From: Pristiophorus japonicus
Lineage: Eukaryota
Length of the DNA: 64,000 bases
Direction: 5' to 3'
Assembly (NCBI RefSeq): GCF_044704955.1
Contig: NC_091995.1
Location: 16,058,001-16,122,000 of the forward strand
The notes under the pieces are model-generated. The model searched no databases, was not told where the DNA came from, and saw only the letters and a list, made by a program, of their open reading frames with translations. Of the stretch, positions 25,861 through 39,100 are shown piece after piece. Position numbers and translations under genes: made by a program. The stretch's first letter is position 1. Every line of letters starts with the position of its first letter.

Positions 25861-26156
25861 TAAATTTGTTGTCAAAATTATCCGTTTTTATTTTAGAGGT
25901 AGTTACTTTTTATTTCAATTCAATTCGACTTGTTAACTATTTTAAAAAATCACATTTACCTATATGAAGCAAATAACTTAACTCATCGATATTATGGAAA
26001 GCATAGTTTGAAATAGTTATTCTTGTCAACCATTTTGTCCATTGGCTTGTAATATCAAAACCTTTTATAAAATTGCAAAACATCTACCAATATTTAATAA
26101 TTCTAAAATACATTGTAAAACAGCAAACTCAGGACATTCATTGTTTGACCTCTGCA

Positions 26157-26595
26157 GTATCAGCTGTGGCTCAATGGGTGGGACATTCGCCTCTGATTCA
26201 GAAGGTTGTGGGTTCAAGTACCATTCCAAGGACTTGAGCATTAAAAATTATAGGCTCCAGTGAAGTGCTGAGGGAGGAGTACTGGTCTGTCGAAGGTGCC
26301 TTCTTTCGGACGAGACATTAAACTGGGGCCCTGTCTGCTCTCCCAGCTGGACGTTAAAGATCCCATGGCGCTATTTTGAAGAAAAGCAAGGAATTTATCC
26401 CCAGTGTCCTGGCCAATAATTTTCCCTCAATCAACATAACAAAAGCAGATTTTTGGTCATTATCACATTGCTGTTTGTGGGAGCTTGCTGTGCGCAACTT
26501 GGCTGCTGCATTTTCCACATTATATTGACTGTAAAGTGCTTTGGGACATCCAGTGATCGTGAAAGGCACTATATAAAGGCAACTCTATCTTTTCC
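26157..26595 (+). mobile_element. tRNA-derived SINE, DeuSINE/SacSINE1-like
   Basis: A box TGGCTCAATGG, B box GGTTCAAGTAC, central GGTCATTATCACATTGCTGTTTGTGGGAGCTTGCTGTGCG, L2-like tail GGCACTATATAAA. Confidence 0.8.
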
Positions 26596-27134
26596 AAATA
26601 TCCCCGAGAGAATGCACCCGCACATAATGGATGGACTTACTTCTCCCTTGGGACATGCAGGACTTAGAACTGAAAGCTACTGCTAAATATTTGTATAACA
26701 CGGGAAACGTATGCTGTCCACTAACAAGATAGTTATAAAAACAAAACAGCGATTCGGATTATTATTATTCCCTCGAAAATCTCCCAATCAGTTGACTTAC
26801 AATGTTCGGTTCTGAGTTACAGTTAAGGAGAGACCTTGTAAGGTAAAACATTACAGAAGCAATTCACAATCTCAGAAACTCCTTGTGTTTTCATCTGGCT
26901 TTGCAGGCATTGTGGCCTCGACTATCACTGGGCGCATGTCACATTTAAACAAGGGAGGATGAAATCTATTCCTCTAATCAAGCCAGCAACTCTTACTCTT
27001 GGTTTTAAGACAGGTTTACTGCTTTCAATGATTGCCGAATTGTTGACTGACTGAGTGCTGATGCTGAGGAAATATGCATTCATTCGGTTGTGTTCGTGAC
27101 AATCCAGCAACGCCTTGATGAAGCTGCAATTCTA

Positions 27135-27141
27135 TTATTTC
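27135..27141 (-). CDS. Gene B probable terminal coding exon (R)K-stop followed by 3'UTR
   Basis: Strong acceptor TTTTTCATGCTCCCACAG|G AAA TAA TAG completes the phase-2 codon and gives tandem stops, followed by unique sequence. This is the least constrained exon of the model. Confidence 0.55.
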
Positions 27142-30100
27142 CTGTGGGAGCATGAAAAATCAGCATACAATTAATTCTGTAACAATGTTTTAATTTATTT
27201 ATTTGATGTGGGTGTCATCTGCAAAGCCAGCATTTATTACCCATCCGTAATTTCCTTTGAGAAGGTGGTGGTGAGCCACCATTTCAGTGGGTAATTAAGA
27301 GTCAACCACATTGCTTTGGGTCTGGGGTCACATATAAGCCAGACCATGTAAGAATGGCAGATTTCCTTCGGTAAAGGACATTAGTGAACCAGATGTGTTT
27401 TACAACAATCCAGTAGTTTCATGGCCACCATTACTGATATTAGCTATATTTAATTATTTAATTAATTGAATTTAAATTCCCCAGCTGCCGTGGTGGGATG
27501 TGAACTCACGTCTATTAGATCAATAATCCATAAGCATTCGGTTGTGAGTTGAAGCCTAGTAAATTGCTCGCGATTATCGACTGTGCCTTTTATTGTTGAT
27601 GCAATGCATTTAGTCTCGTTTAACTATTACCATTGAACAAGGTTTAAAGGGGGAGCGAGAAACAGGTAAACGGAGAAACTGGATCGAAGCATTTGTTGCT
27701 AAACTGAAGTCGCCATTAATAAAAATTGATAATTAATAATTTTGCTCAAAAGTCAGTGTCTACCAGCCCTGCTAGCTCTAAACTGTAGTGTTAGTGGATG
27801 GCAGGGAATATTAAACCAAGGTCGCGCACAAGAGATTTGTGTGCAAAATTAAAGCACATGGTGTTGGGGGTAATGCATTGTCGGGGATAGGGAATTGATT
27901 GGCAGACAGGAAGCAGAGATTCGGAATAAACAGGTCCTTTTCAGAATGGCAGGCAGTGACCAGTGGGGTGCCGCAGGGCTCAGTGCTGGGATCCCAGCTA
28001 TTTACAATATACATAAATGATTTAGATGAAGGAATTAAAGTAATATCTCCAAGTTTGCAGATGACACTAAGCTGGGTGGTGGTGTGAGCAGTGAGGAGGA
28101 TGCTAAGAGGCTGCAGGGTGATTTGGACAGGTTAGGTGAGTGGGCAAATGCATGGCAGATGCAGTATAATGTGGATAAATGTGGGGTTATCCACTTTGAT
28201 GGCAAAAACAGGAAAACAGAATATTATCTGAATGGTGACAGATTAGGAAAAGGGGAGGTGCAACGAGACCTGGGTGTCATGGTAGATCAGTCATTGAAGT
28301 TTGGCATGCAGGTACAGCAGGACGTGAAGAAGCAAATGGCATGTTGGCCTTCATAGCTAGAGGATTTGAGTATAGGAGCAGGGAGGTCTTACTGCAGTTG
28401 TACAGAGCCTTGGTGAGGCCACACCTGGAATATTGTGTTCATTTTTGGTCTCTTAATCTGAGGAAGGTCGTTCTTGCTGTTGAAGGAGTACAGCGAAGGT
28501 TCACCAGATTCATTCCTGGGGTGGCAGGACTGACAAATGAGGAGAGATTGGATCAACTGGAGAGACTGGAGACTGGGCTTGTATACACTGGAGATTAGAA
28601 GAATGCGACGGGATCTCATGAAAACATATAAAATTCTGACGGGATTGGACAGGTTAGAGGCAGGAAGAATGTTCCCCGATGTTGGGGAAGTCCAGAACCA
28701 GGGGTCATAGTCTAAGGATAAGGAGTAAGCTATTTAGGACCGAGATCAGGAGAAACTTCTTCACTTAGAGAGTGGTTAACCTGTGGAATTCTCTACCACA
28801 GAAAGTTGTTGAGGCTAGTTCGTTAGATATATTCAAAAGGGAGTTAGATATGGCCCTTATGGCCAAAGGGATGAAGGGGTATGGAGAGAAAGCAGGAAAG
28901 GGCTACTAAGGTTGAATGATCAGCGATGATCTTACTGAATGGCGGTGCAGGCTCAAAAGGCCGAATGGCCTGTCCCTGCACCTAATTTCTATGTTTCTAT
29001 GTAACTTTCTTAGTTACATTTTATAAAAAAATATACTAATCAAATTACTGTCGGTGAAAACTCATGATGTATGCATTTGAAACAAATAACTTTAGCTCAT
29101 TGTCCGTTCCCCTCGGAACATTAGTTGAGACATGCATCGTGTGAAGAGGCAACTTGCATTTTTTGTGGTATATATTTGATAGCTTGCAGAGTTGTGTGAG
29201 ATCGTACCTGTTCAGCTCACTGTAACTGTCCACACCTTTCAGCTCCAAACCCTTATAAAAATGGAAGAAATCCATATTATTTCAAACCCTTGAGATAGAA
29301 AAAGGCTGCTGTTAATTTATTCAGGATAATCAGTTCATGTATTTTACCATGTATGTAGAATCCACGTTAGTGTGATTACCGGTTTCAGTCTGCGAGACAC
29401 CTATATCGAAATAACGACACCAAATAACATTGAATAAATAAACTATTATAATGTTACAAGTACATCTTCTGTCTGCCTATCATCTATCTATCGATCTATC
29501 TACCTAGCTATCTCTCTATAGACACATGCAAACACAGAAAATTGGAGTAGGAGTAGGCCATTCGACCTTTCGAGCCTGCACCACAATTCAACAAGATCAT
29601 GGCTGATCAGTCACCTCAGTACCCCTTTCCTGCTTTCTATCCATACCCTTTGATCCCTTGAGCCATAAGGGTCATATCTAACTCCCTCTTGAATATATCT
29701 AATGAAGTGGCATCAACAATTATCTGCGGTAGCGAATTCCACAGGTTAAAAGCTGTCTGACTGAAGAAGTTTCTCCTCTTCTCGGTCCAAAATGGCTTGC
29801 CCCTTATACTTAGACTGTGACCCCTGGTTCTGGACTACCCCAACATCGGGAACATTCTTTCTGCATCTACCCTGTCCAGTCCCGTCAGAATTTTTAATGT
29901 TTCTATGAGATCCCTTCTCATTCTTTTAAACTCCAGTGAAAATAAGCCTAGTCAATCCAGTCTTTCTTCGTGTATCAGTCCTGCCATCCCAGGAATCAGT
30001 CTGGTGAACCTTCGCTGCACTCCCTCAATAGCAAGAACGTCCTTCCTCAGATTAGGAGAACAAAACTGAACCCAATATTCCAGGTGAGGCCTCACCAAAG

Positions 30101-33100
30101 CCCTGTAAAACTGCAGTACGACCTCCCTGCTCCTATACTCAAAGCCCCGAGCTATGAAGGCTAACATGCCATTTGCATTCGTCACCACCTGCTGTACCTG
30201 TATGCCAACTTTCAATGAGTGATGTACCATGACACCCACGTCTCGTTGTACCTCCCATTTTTCTAATCTGCCACCATTCAGATAATATTCTGCCGTCACG
30301 TTTTTGCCCCAAAGTCGATAACCTCACATTTATCCACATTATACTGCATCTGCCACGTATTTGCCCACTCACCTAACCTGTCCAATCATCTTGCAGCCAC
30401 ATAGCATCTTCCTCACAGCTCACACCGACACCCAGCTTAGTGTCATCTGCAAACTTGGAGATATTACAGTCAATTCCTTCATTTAATCATTGATATATAT
30501 TGTAAATAGCTGGAGTCCCAGCACTGAGCCCTGCGGCACCCCACTAGTCACTGCCGGCCATTCTGAAAGGGATCCGTTTATCCCGACTCTCTGCTTTCTG
30601 TCTGCCAACCAGTTTTCTATCCACATCAATACATTACCCACCATACCATGTGCTTTAATTTTGCACAACTATCTCTTGTGTGGGACCTTGTCAAAAGCTT
30701 TTTGAAAATCCAAATACATCACATCCACTTGTTCTCCCTTGTCCACTCTACTAGTTACGTCCTCAGAAAATTCTAGAAGATTTGTCAAGAAAGATTTCCC
30801 TTTCATAAATCCATGCTGACTTGGACCGATCCTGTCACTGCTTTCCAAATGCGCTGCTATTTCATCTTTAATAATTGATTCCAACATGTTCCCCACTGCC
30901 GATGTCAGACTAATCTGTCTATAATTCCCAGTTTTCTCTCTGCCTACCTTTTAAAAAAGTGGTGCTACATTAGCTACCCTCCAGTCCATAGCAACTGATC
31001 CAGAGTCAATCGATCTTTGGAAAATGATCACCAATGCTTCCACTATTTCTATGGCCACTTCGTTAAATACTCTGGGATGCAGACTATCAGGCACTGGCGA
31101 TTTACCGGCCTTCAATCCCATCAATTTCCCTAACACAATGTCCTGACTATTAAGGATTTCCTTCCGTTCTTCCTTCTCGCTAGATCCTCTGTCCCCTAGT
31201 ATTTCCGAAAGGTTATTTGTGTCTTCCTTCGTAAAGACAGAAGCAAAGTATTTGTTCAATTGGTCTGCCATTTCTCTGTTACCCATTATAAATTCACCTG
31301 ATTCTGACCTACGTTTGTCTTCACTAAGCTTTTTCTCTTCATCTATAGAAACTTTTGCAGATAGTTTTTATGTTCCCAGCAAGCTTCCTCTCATACTCTA
31401 TTTCCCCCTCCTAATTAAACACTTTGTCCTCATCTGCTGGATTCTAAATTTCTCCCAGTCCTCAGGTTTGCTGATTTTTCTGACCAATTTATGGGCCTCT
31501 TCCTTGGATTTAACACTATCCCTAATTTCCCTTGTTAGCCACGGTTGAGCCACCTTCCCCATTTTATTTTTACTCCAGACAGGGATGTACACTTGGTGAA
31601 GTTCATCCATGTGATATTTAAATGTGTGCTATTGCCTATCCACTGTCAACCCTTTAAATATCATTCACCAGTCTATTCTAGCCAATTCACATCTCATACC
31701 ATCGAAGTTACCTTTCCTTAAGTTCAGGACCCTAGTCTTTGAATTAATTGTGTCACTCTCCGTTTTAATAAAGAATTCTACAATATTATGGACACTCTTC
31801 CCCAAGGGGCCTCGTACAACATATTGCTAATTAGTCCTTTCTCATTAAACATCACCCACTCTATGATGGCCAGCCCTCTAGTTGATTCCTCGACATTATG
31901 GTCTAGAAAACCATCCCGAATACACTCCAGGAAATCCTCCTCCACTGTATTGCTACCAGTTTGGTTAGCCCAATCTATATGTAGATTAAAGTCGCCCTTG
32001 AAAACTGCTGTACCTTTATTGCACTCATCCCTATTTTTTTTTAGTTTGATGCTGTCCCCAACTTCACTACTACTGTTTCGTGGTCTGTACACAACTCCCA
32101 ATATCGTTTTCTGCCCTTTGATATTCCGCAGCTCTACCCATACAGAATCCATTTCATCCAAGCTAATGTCCTTCCTTACTATTGTGTTAATTCCTCTTTA
32201 ACCAGCAATGCTTCCCCACCTCCTTGTCCTTTCTGTCTATTCTTCCTGAATGCTGAATACCCTTGGATGTTGAGTTCCCAGCTTTGGTCACCTTGGAGCC
32301 ATGTCTGCATAATCCCAATTATATCATGTTCGTTAATAGCTGCCTGCGCAGTTAATTCGTCCACCTTGTTATGAATATTCATCGCATTGAGTCACAGAGC
32401 CTTCAGGCTTGTCTTTTTAACACACTTTCTCCCTTTAGAATTTTGCTGTAATGTGGACCTTTTTGATTTTTGCCTTGGGTTTCTCTGCCCTCCAATTTTA
32501 CTTTTCTTCTTTCTATCTTTTGCTTCTGCCCCCATTTTACTTCCCTCTGTCTCCCTGCATAGGTTCCTAGCCCTCTGCCATATTGTTTAACCTCTCCCCA
32601 ACAGCACTCTACCTATCTAGCGATCTATCAATCATCTATCTATCTATTATTCAAGTTATTGGGTGTTAACTATATTACATGAAAAGACATTACTCAATAA
32701 AGAACTCTAAACCCAACAATGTGCGTCAATGGCCGTTTAAACTTTACTGACCAACAGCTATAAAAACAACAAAAACTTGTATTTATATAGCGGCTTTAAT
32801 GTAGTAAAACCTCCCAAATGCTTCACAGGAGCGTTATTAAACAAAATTTGACAACGAGTCAGAAAAGGAGAAATTAGGTCGATGACCAAATTCTTGGACA
32901 AAGGACAGCTTTTAAGGGGCATTTTAAACGAGGAAAGAGAGGTAGAGAATCGCAGATGTTTAGGGCCTTGGCAACTGAAGTGAGAGCTACCAATGACTGA
33001 GTGATTAAAATCATGGATGCACAACAGGCCAGAATTTGAGGAGCACAGGTTTCTCAAGGGATTGTGGGGCTGGAGAAGTTCGCAGAGAAAAGGATGGGCG

Positions 33101-36100
33101 AGGTGATGGAGGGATTTTAAAACAAGGATGAGAATTTAATATTGCGGTGTTGTTTAACTGGGAGTCAATGTCAGTCAGCGAACACAGGGGTGATGGGTGA
33201 ATGTGACTTGGTGCGAGCTAGGACACAGACAACAAAGTTTTGGATAACCTCAAGTTTATTTAGGGTAGAATGTGGGAGGCCAGCGAGGAATGCATAAGAA
33301 TATCCGAGTCTAGAGGTAACAAAGGCATGCATGCGGTTTTCAGTAGCAGATGATCTGAGGCAGGAACGGAGTCAGGCAAAGTTATGCAGGTGGAAAAACA
33401 TGGTTTTATATATGCCATGGATATGTGGTTAGAAGAACATATCAGGGTCAAATATGACAGCAAAGTTACGAACAGCCTGGTTCAGCCTCATACGGAGGCT
33501 TGGAAGATGATGGAGTCAGTGGCTAGGGAATGGAAGTTGTAGCGGGGACCAGCCACAAGGACTTTGGTCTTCCCAATATTTGGTTGGAGGATACTTCACC
33601 ACATCCAGTACTGGATATCAGACAAGCAGTCTGACAATTCAGAAACCATGGAGGTATCGAGATAAGTGGTGGTGAGGCAGAGTTTGGTGTCATCAGCGTA
33701 TATGTGGAAATGAATGCTTTGTTTTCAGATTAAGGGACTTCATGTGGATGATGAATAGGAAGAGGCCAAGGATAGACCCTTGGGGGAGACCAGATGTAAT
33801 GATGTGGGATCGGGAAGAGAAGCCATTGCAGGTGATTCACTGGCTACGATTTGAAAGATAAAAATGGAAGCAGGCGAGTGCAGTCCCACCCCGTTGAACG
33901 GCGATGGAGAGGCATTTGAGTAGGATAGAGTGATCAACCATTTCAAAGGCTGTCGACGGGTCAGGAAGAACTAGGAGTGATAGTTTACCTTTGTCGCAGT
34001 TACCAAGGATGCCATTTGTGACTTCGATGAGAGCCATTTCAGTACTGTGGCAGGGGTCGAAACCAGATTGAAGGGGTTCCAAAAGGATTCCCGGGAAAGA
34101 TATGCACGGGTTTGGGAGGTAACAACACATTCAAGGAATTTCAAGAGGCAAGCGATGTTATAGATGGGGTGATTGTTTACAAGGACGGAGGGGTCAAAGG
34201 TTGTTTTTGGAAGAGAGGAGTAATGATGGCAGATTTGAAGGAGAAAGGGACAGTACCTGAGGAGAGAGAATCATTAACAATATCAGCTAACACGGGAGTC
34301 AGAAAAGGAAGTTGGATGGTCAGCAGTTTTGTGGGATTCGGGTCAAGGAAGCAGTGGGTCTCATAGACAAGATGCGCTCGGAGAGTGCATGAGGGGAGAT
34401 CAGAGAGAAACTAGAGATAGATGTAAGTTCAGGGCTAGAGGGGAAGCCTTAGAGGGAGTTTGGTCCTCTGGGCTTGGGAAAGGAAGGAAAGTGGCAGAGG
34501 CAGATGATCGGATGGTCCAAAACTTAGAGACAAAGACTCCATGAGCTCATCGCACTGATTCCTGGTGAAAATGGAGGAGACAGGGAAGAGGGATGTAAGA
34601 AGATGGTTTGCAGCACAGAAAAGAAACGGGGAGTTATATTTGCATCACAGAAAGATCCTGCAATAGTGAGCAGTTTTTGAAGACGAGAGCAGGATCCCGA
34701 TAGCGCTTTATGTGGTCCAGCCAGATCTGGTGGTGAATGGCTAAACCAGTTGTCTGCCATATCCATTCAAGTCTGCATCTCTACGACACATGGGAGCGGA
34801 GATGAGAGTCGTATCAGGGGAATAGCCAAGGTGAGAAAGAGTAATGGTTTTTAATAGGAACCAGGGCAAGAAAGGTGGTGGTGAGGATGTGGTTGAGCAG
34901 GTCGGTAGCTGTAGAAATGTGGTGAATGGAGGAACAAAGGCTAGACAGTTGGGATTTTGTAAGTACAGTTGTAAGTAAGGTTATTTGAAGTGGTAAGTTT
35001 GGATAAATATGTGTCTATAGCGATGTGCTAGATATAACAGGATGATTTACTGGGATGGTTATTGCAAGCGTCGTGCTAGAAATGTTGGATATTTGCAATT
35101 TCTACAGATGTCACAATGGATGAAAAATTGCTCTGGTCGTAATGTTTTGTCACAGCCAAAATAAATTTAAAAGAACATGGAGCATTACAAATGTTAAAGC
35201 CCTGTTCAACAAAGGGAAGAGCGATAAATCTGGTAACTACCAGCCAGTCCGTCGAACAATGAGTACTGGAAAGCCACTTGGGACTACTGCCAAGGACATC
35301 AATAATTCTCACTTGGAGAATATGGGACAGCGAGCATGGATTTCATTAAGGCAAATTGTGCCTGACTGACACGATTGAGTTATGTGTTGAAGTAACAGAG
35401 ATGGTTGAATGTGGCAGTGGATGATAAAGACTTACTCGGAAAATAGAAAAACGTGGTAATAAAGAGATGGTGGTAACTTAGGTCCGGAATTTGCTAAGTG
35501 ATCGGAGGTCGGCCTCAACTGGAGTATTGTGTCCAATTCTGGGCACGACACTTTATGAAGGTTTAATAAAGATTTACGAGAATCGTTCCAGGGATGAGGG
35601 ACTTCAGTTCGGTGGATACTCTAGAGCAGCTGTGATTGTTTTCCTTAGACAGGAGAAGTTTCAGAGGATATTTTAAAGAGGTGCTCAAAATAATGAGGCG
35701 TCTAGACAAAACATACATGGATAAAACTGTTCCTATTTTCAGAAGTGTCGAGAACCAAGGACACAGATTGAAGGTGATTGGCAAGAGAACCAAAGGCAAA
35801 ATGAGGAAAATCTTTTTTTACGCAGTGAGTGGCTGAGATCTGGAATGCACTGCCTGAGAGGTTGGTAGAGGCAGATTCAATTGTGGCTTTCAACAGGGAG
35901 TTGGATAAGTCCCTGAAGGAAAAAAATTACAGGGCTATCGGGAAAGAGATAAGAGAGTGGGACTAGCTGAAGTGCTCTTGCAGAGAGCCGACATGGGCTC
36001 AACGGGCCAAATGGCCTATTTCTGTGCTGTAACCATTCTATGCTTCTATCTGATGATATGGTTAATGGATGTTTTTTTCTGACTGGAGTGAAGTATACAG

Positions 36101-39100
36101 TTGGGTCCAGAAGAGGTCGCTATTAGTACCATTGCTTTTCTTGCCATATATAAATGACATGGATTTGGATATTGGGAGCACAATTTCGAAGTTTGCGGGC
36201 GATACAAAATGTGGCAAGTAGTAAATAGTGAGCAGGATCGTAGTGGATTTAGGAAGACATCGGACGACTGGTGGGAACAACAACATGCAGAGGCAATATA
36301 ATCTGGATTGTACTATTTTGAGGGGGTGCAAGAGCAAAGGGACCTGGGGTTTCACAAATCTTTGATAGTGGCAGAGCAATTTGGCAAGGCGGTTAAAAAA
36401 GCATATGAGACTGTTGACTTTGTAAATAGGCATATCAAATGCAAAAAGAAGGAAGTCATGCTAAACCTTTCAGATCACTGGGTCGGCGTCAGCTAGATTA
36501 TTGCTGTACAATTCGGGGCACTGCACTTTAGAAAGAAGGGTGAGGGTACAGAGGAGGTTTACCATGGATGAAGGACTTCCGTTATGTCGAGAGCTTGAAG
36601 AATGGAGACTGGGATTGTTCTGTTTGGTGCAGAGAAGGTTAAGAGGAGACCTAATAGAGGCATTCAACATCAGAAGGTCTTTCGATGGAGCAAGCAACTG
36701 AGTCCTCTGGCAAGTGAATAGACAACTACATTTTAAATAATTGGCAAAAGAACTAGAGGGGAAATTGGGAGAATATTTTCACACAGAGGATTGTTAAAAT
36801 GTGTAATGTACTGTCTGAAATGGCGGTGGAAGCAGATTCGATGGGAGCTTTCAAAGAACAATTGGACACGAACTTGAAACTAACTAATTTGTAGGGTTGT
36901 GGGGACAAATCTGGGGTGTGGGATTGGACAGCTCTTTCCAAGTGCCGGTACAGGCACGACCGGCCATATGGCCTACATCTGGTCTGTAAGATTCTATGAT
37001 TCATCATCTTTGATGCCGCTACACATAACAACCAGAGCAATTCTCTCCTGCAGAAGAAATCTCATTGCTATGTTAAGACTAAGTATTAGCGGCAGCGGGG
37101 ATTGTTCCTCGTGTCACCTAATAGCAGCATTGACCAAAGGATGTCCGTATACATTCCACACCAATAAATCATAATTTAAGTTATTTCTGTCGAAAGTTCA
37201 ATAATTGTCGAACCTGATGTCCAAAGTCAAAAAGTATAAAAAGCAAAATGTAATCAATAAATTTACAGCGGTTTTAATATGACCACGCACTTTACAAACT
37301 TCTCTATAGATTCCAAAATATCCCATTGCAATAGTTTTCAAATGAATATTGCATTTTTGCATTCATCATTTTGGTTTTAAAGGATTATTCCAAACACTTA
37401 AGGACATTGTTTCCTTCTCTTAGTTTTCTTCAGGCCACAAAGTGTACGAACTAGAGTGCCAGGCTCCTAATATCTCATCATGAGCGTCCATCGCGTTGTA
37501 AATCTTTCAATTTTATTTCTTAATCATAGAATAGTTACAGCACAGAAGGAGGTCACTGGGCCCATCGAGTCTGCACTGGCTCTTTCGAAGAGCAAGCCAG
37601 TTAATCTCACTCCCCACCCCCTTCCCTGAAATATTTACTCCGTCAAATATTTACCCCGTCAAATATTTACTCAATTCGCGTTGGACGGCTACGATTGAAT
37701 CTACACTTGCAATGTTATGCATTCAAATTCGAACCACTCCTTGAAAAAAGTTGTTTCCTCATGTCACCTCTGGTTGTTTTGCCAACCATCTTATATCTGT
37801 GTCCTCTGGTTGTCGATGTTTTGAAACAGTTCCTCCTTATGTAATCTAACTAAATCCTGCATGATTTAAAACAAATAACTAATGAAATAAGGTCTTGCTC
37901 ATTTCGGTTGTTCTGCTGACTACAATATATTCGATTTACACCATGGAAATATAATGGTTAATCATATCAGTTCTGATTCAATGGGTAGAAATTAGACCTG
38001 GTGGTTAGTGTAAAAGGATCTTGAAAGAAAAGCGGATGGGGTAAACCGGGCTGACGATTCGCTATCGTTCATTTTGCGGTATCGTTCAAGAGAAATTATT
38101 CTCAGTATTCCAGGCATTTCATCGAATAGATTGATGCTTTCTACCCCACCCAGACAGGGTTAAAGTTTACAGTTAAACTCGTTTAAAAAAAATTGAAATG
38201 TCAATTATACTTGCAGTTTCATACAGTGCGTCGGTGTTGCACGAGACCATGGTTTAAAAGAAATTTATAGCGTGCATTATCAGAGAGTGACCCGTTGATG
38301 GTGATATTCCATTTGAAAAGATACTTACCACTGCATTTCCATTTCAGTATGCATGCTAGTGTTATCACGATTAGAGCAGCCAGCAAGGCTAGTGCGCTGC
38401 ACAGTCCAGCTGTAAAACCAGTCTTTGGGGCCTGGGACTTTGTCCTTCCTGAAATGATGAAATTAAATCAGTGTTTTTGTTTCTATTGCCAGCATAAAGC
38501 TTAGGAACAAAGGTGACTGACTGTTCTACCCAAGGCAGTAAATTAATATTTTAAATGAATATCTGCATAAACAACAATGTGTATAAATAATGGCGAATCA
38601 GCCCTAGTTTTAATTCTCTGTCTCTCTCTAACATATAAATAAGCCATTCATCTCTGTTCCAACGCACCGAAACAGAAACAGTTGCGTGTTCATTTTAACC
38701 TTCTACAACATCACAATAATTAACTCAGAGAAATAGCACCTTGTAACCAAGGGACATGTCTGAATCATTGGTACGGTTTCTTTATCGAAAGCATTATTTT
38801 TAATATCAACACTTGCCTGATTTGCAGTTTGGTCACATTCCTCTCACACTTTCCCCATTCCCGTCATCGTGGTCGTTATAGGGATCTAAGCCTGTCCCCC
38901 TATCCCATTAGATATTTTAGTACGCATTCTCCTAGTGTCAACCAAGCAAGTGAGTGGCCGTCCCATCACGGAGGGAATCGCATTTTCGCCCAAGCTTGTC
39001 TTCGGCGATATCTATATTCTTCACTTTTCATTGGGTTATGCCCAGATTTCTGAAACCGACATAATTATCCCCACCCCCATCCCCAACCCCTCCCCAACCC

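Noticed and set aside
26157-26230. tRNA gene
   Set aside because: The A/B boxes belong to a SINE head followed by SINE body and tail; no complete cloverleaf is evident.
29045-29275. 76-aa ORF as a stand-alone gene
   Set aside because: Its start lies in the polypyrimidine tract of the 96-nt intron. Only 29208-29251 fits the spliced model.
37000-37130. Acceptor-like sites (TTCTTCTGCAG, CTATTAG) downstream of the gene B TM exon
   Set aside because: Both hit stops within about 10 codons and lack motifs. The 29348-29400 exon gives a far more coherent model.
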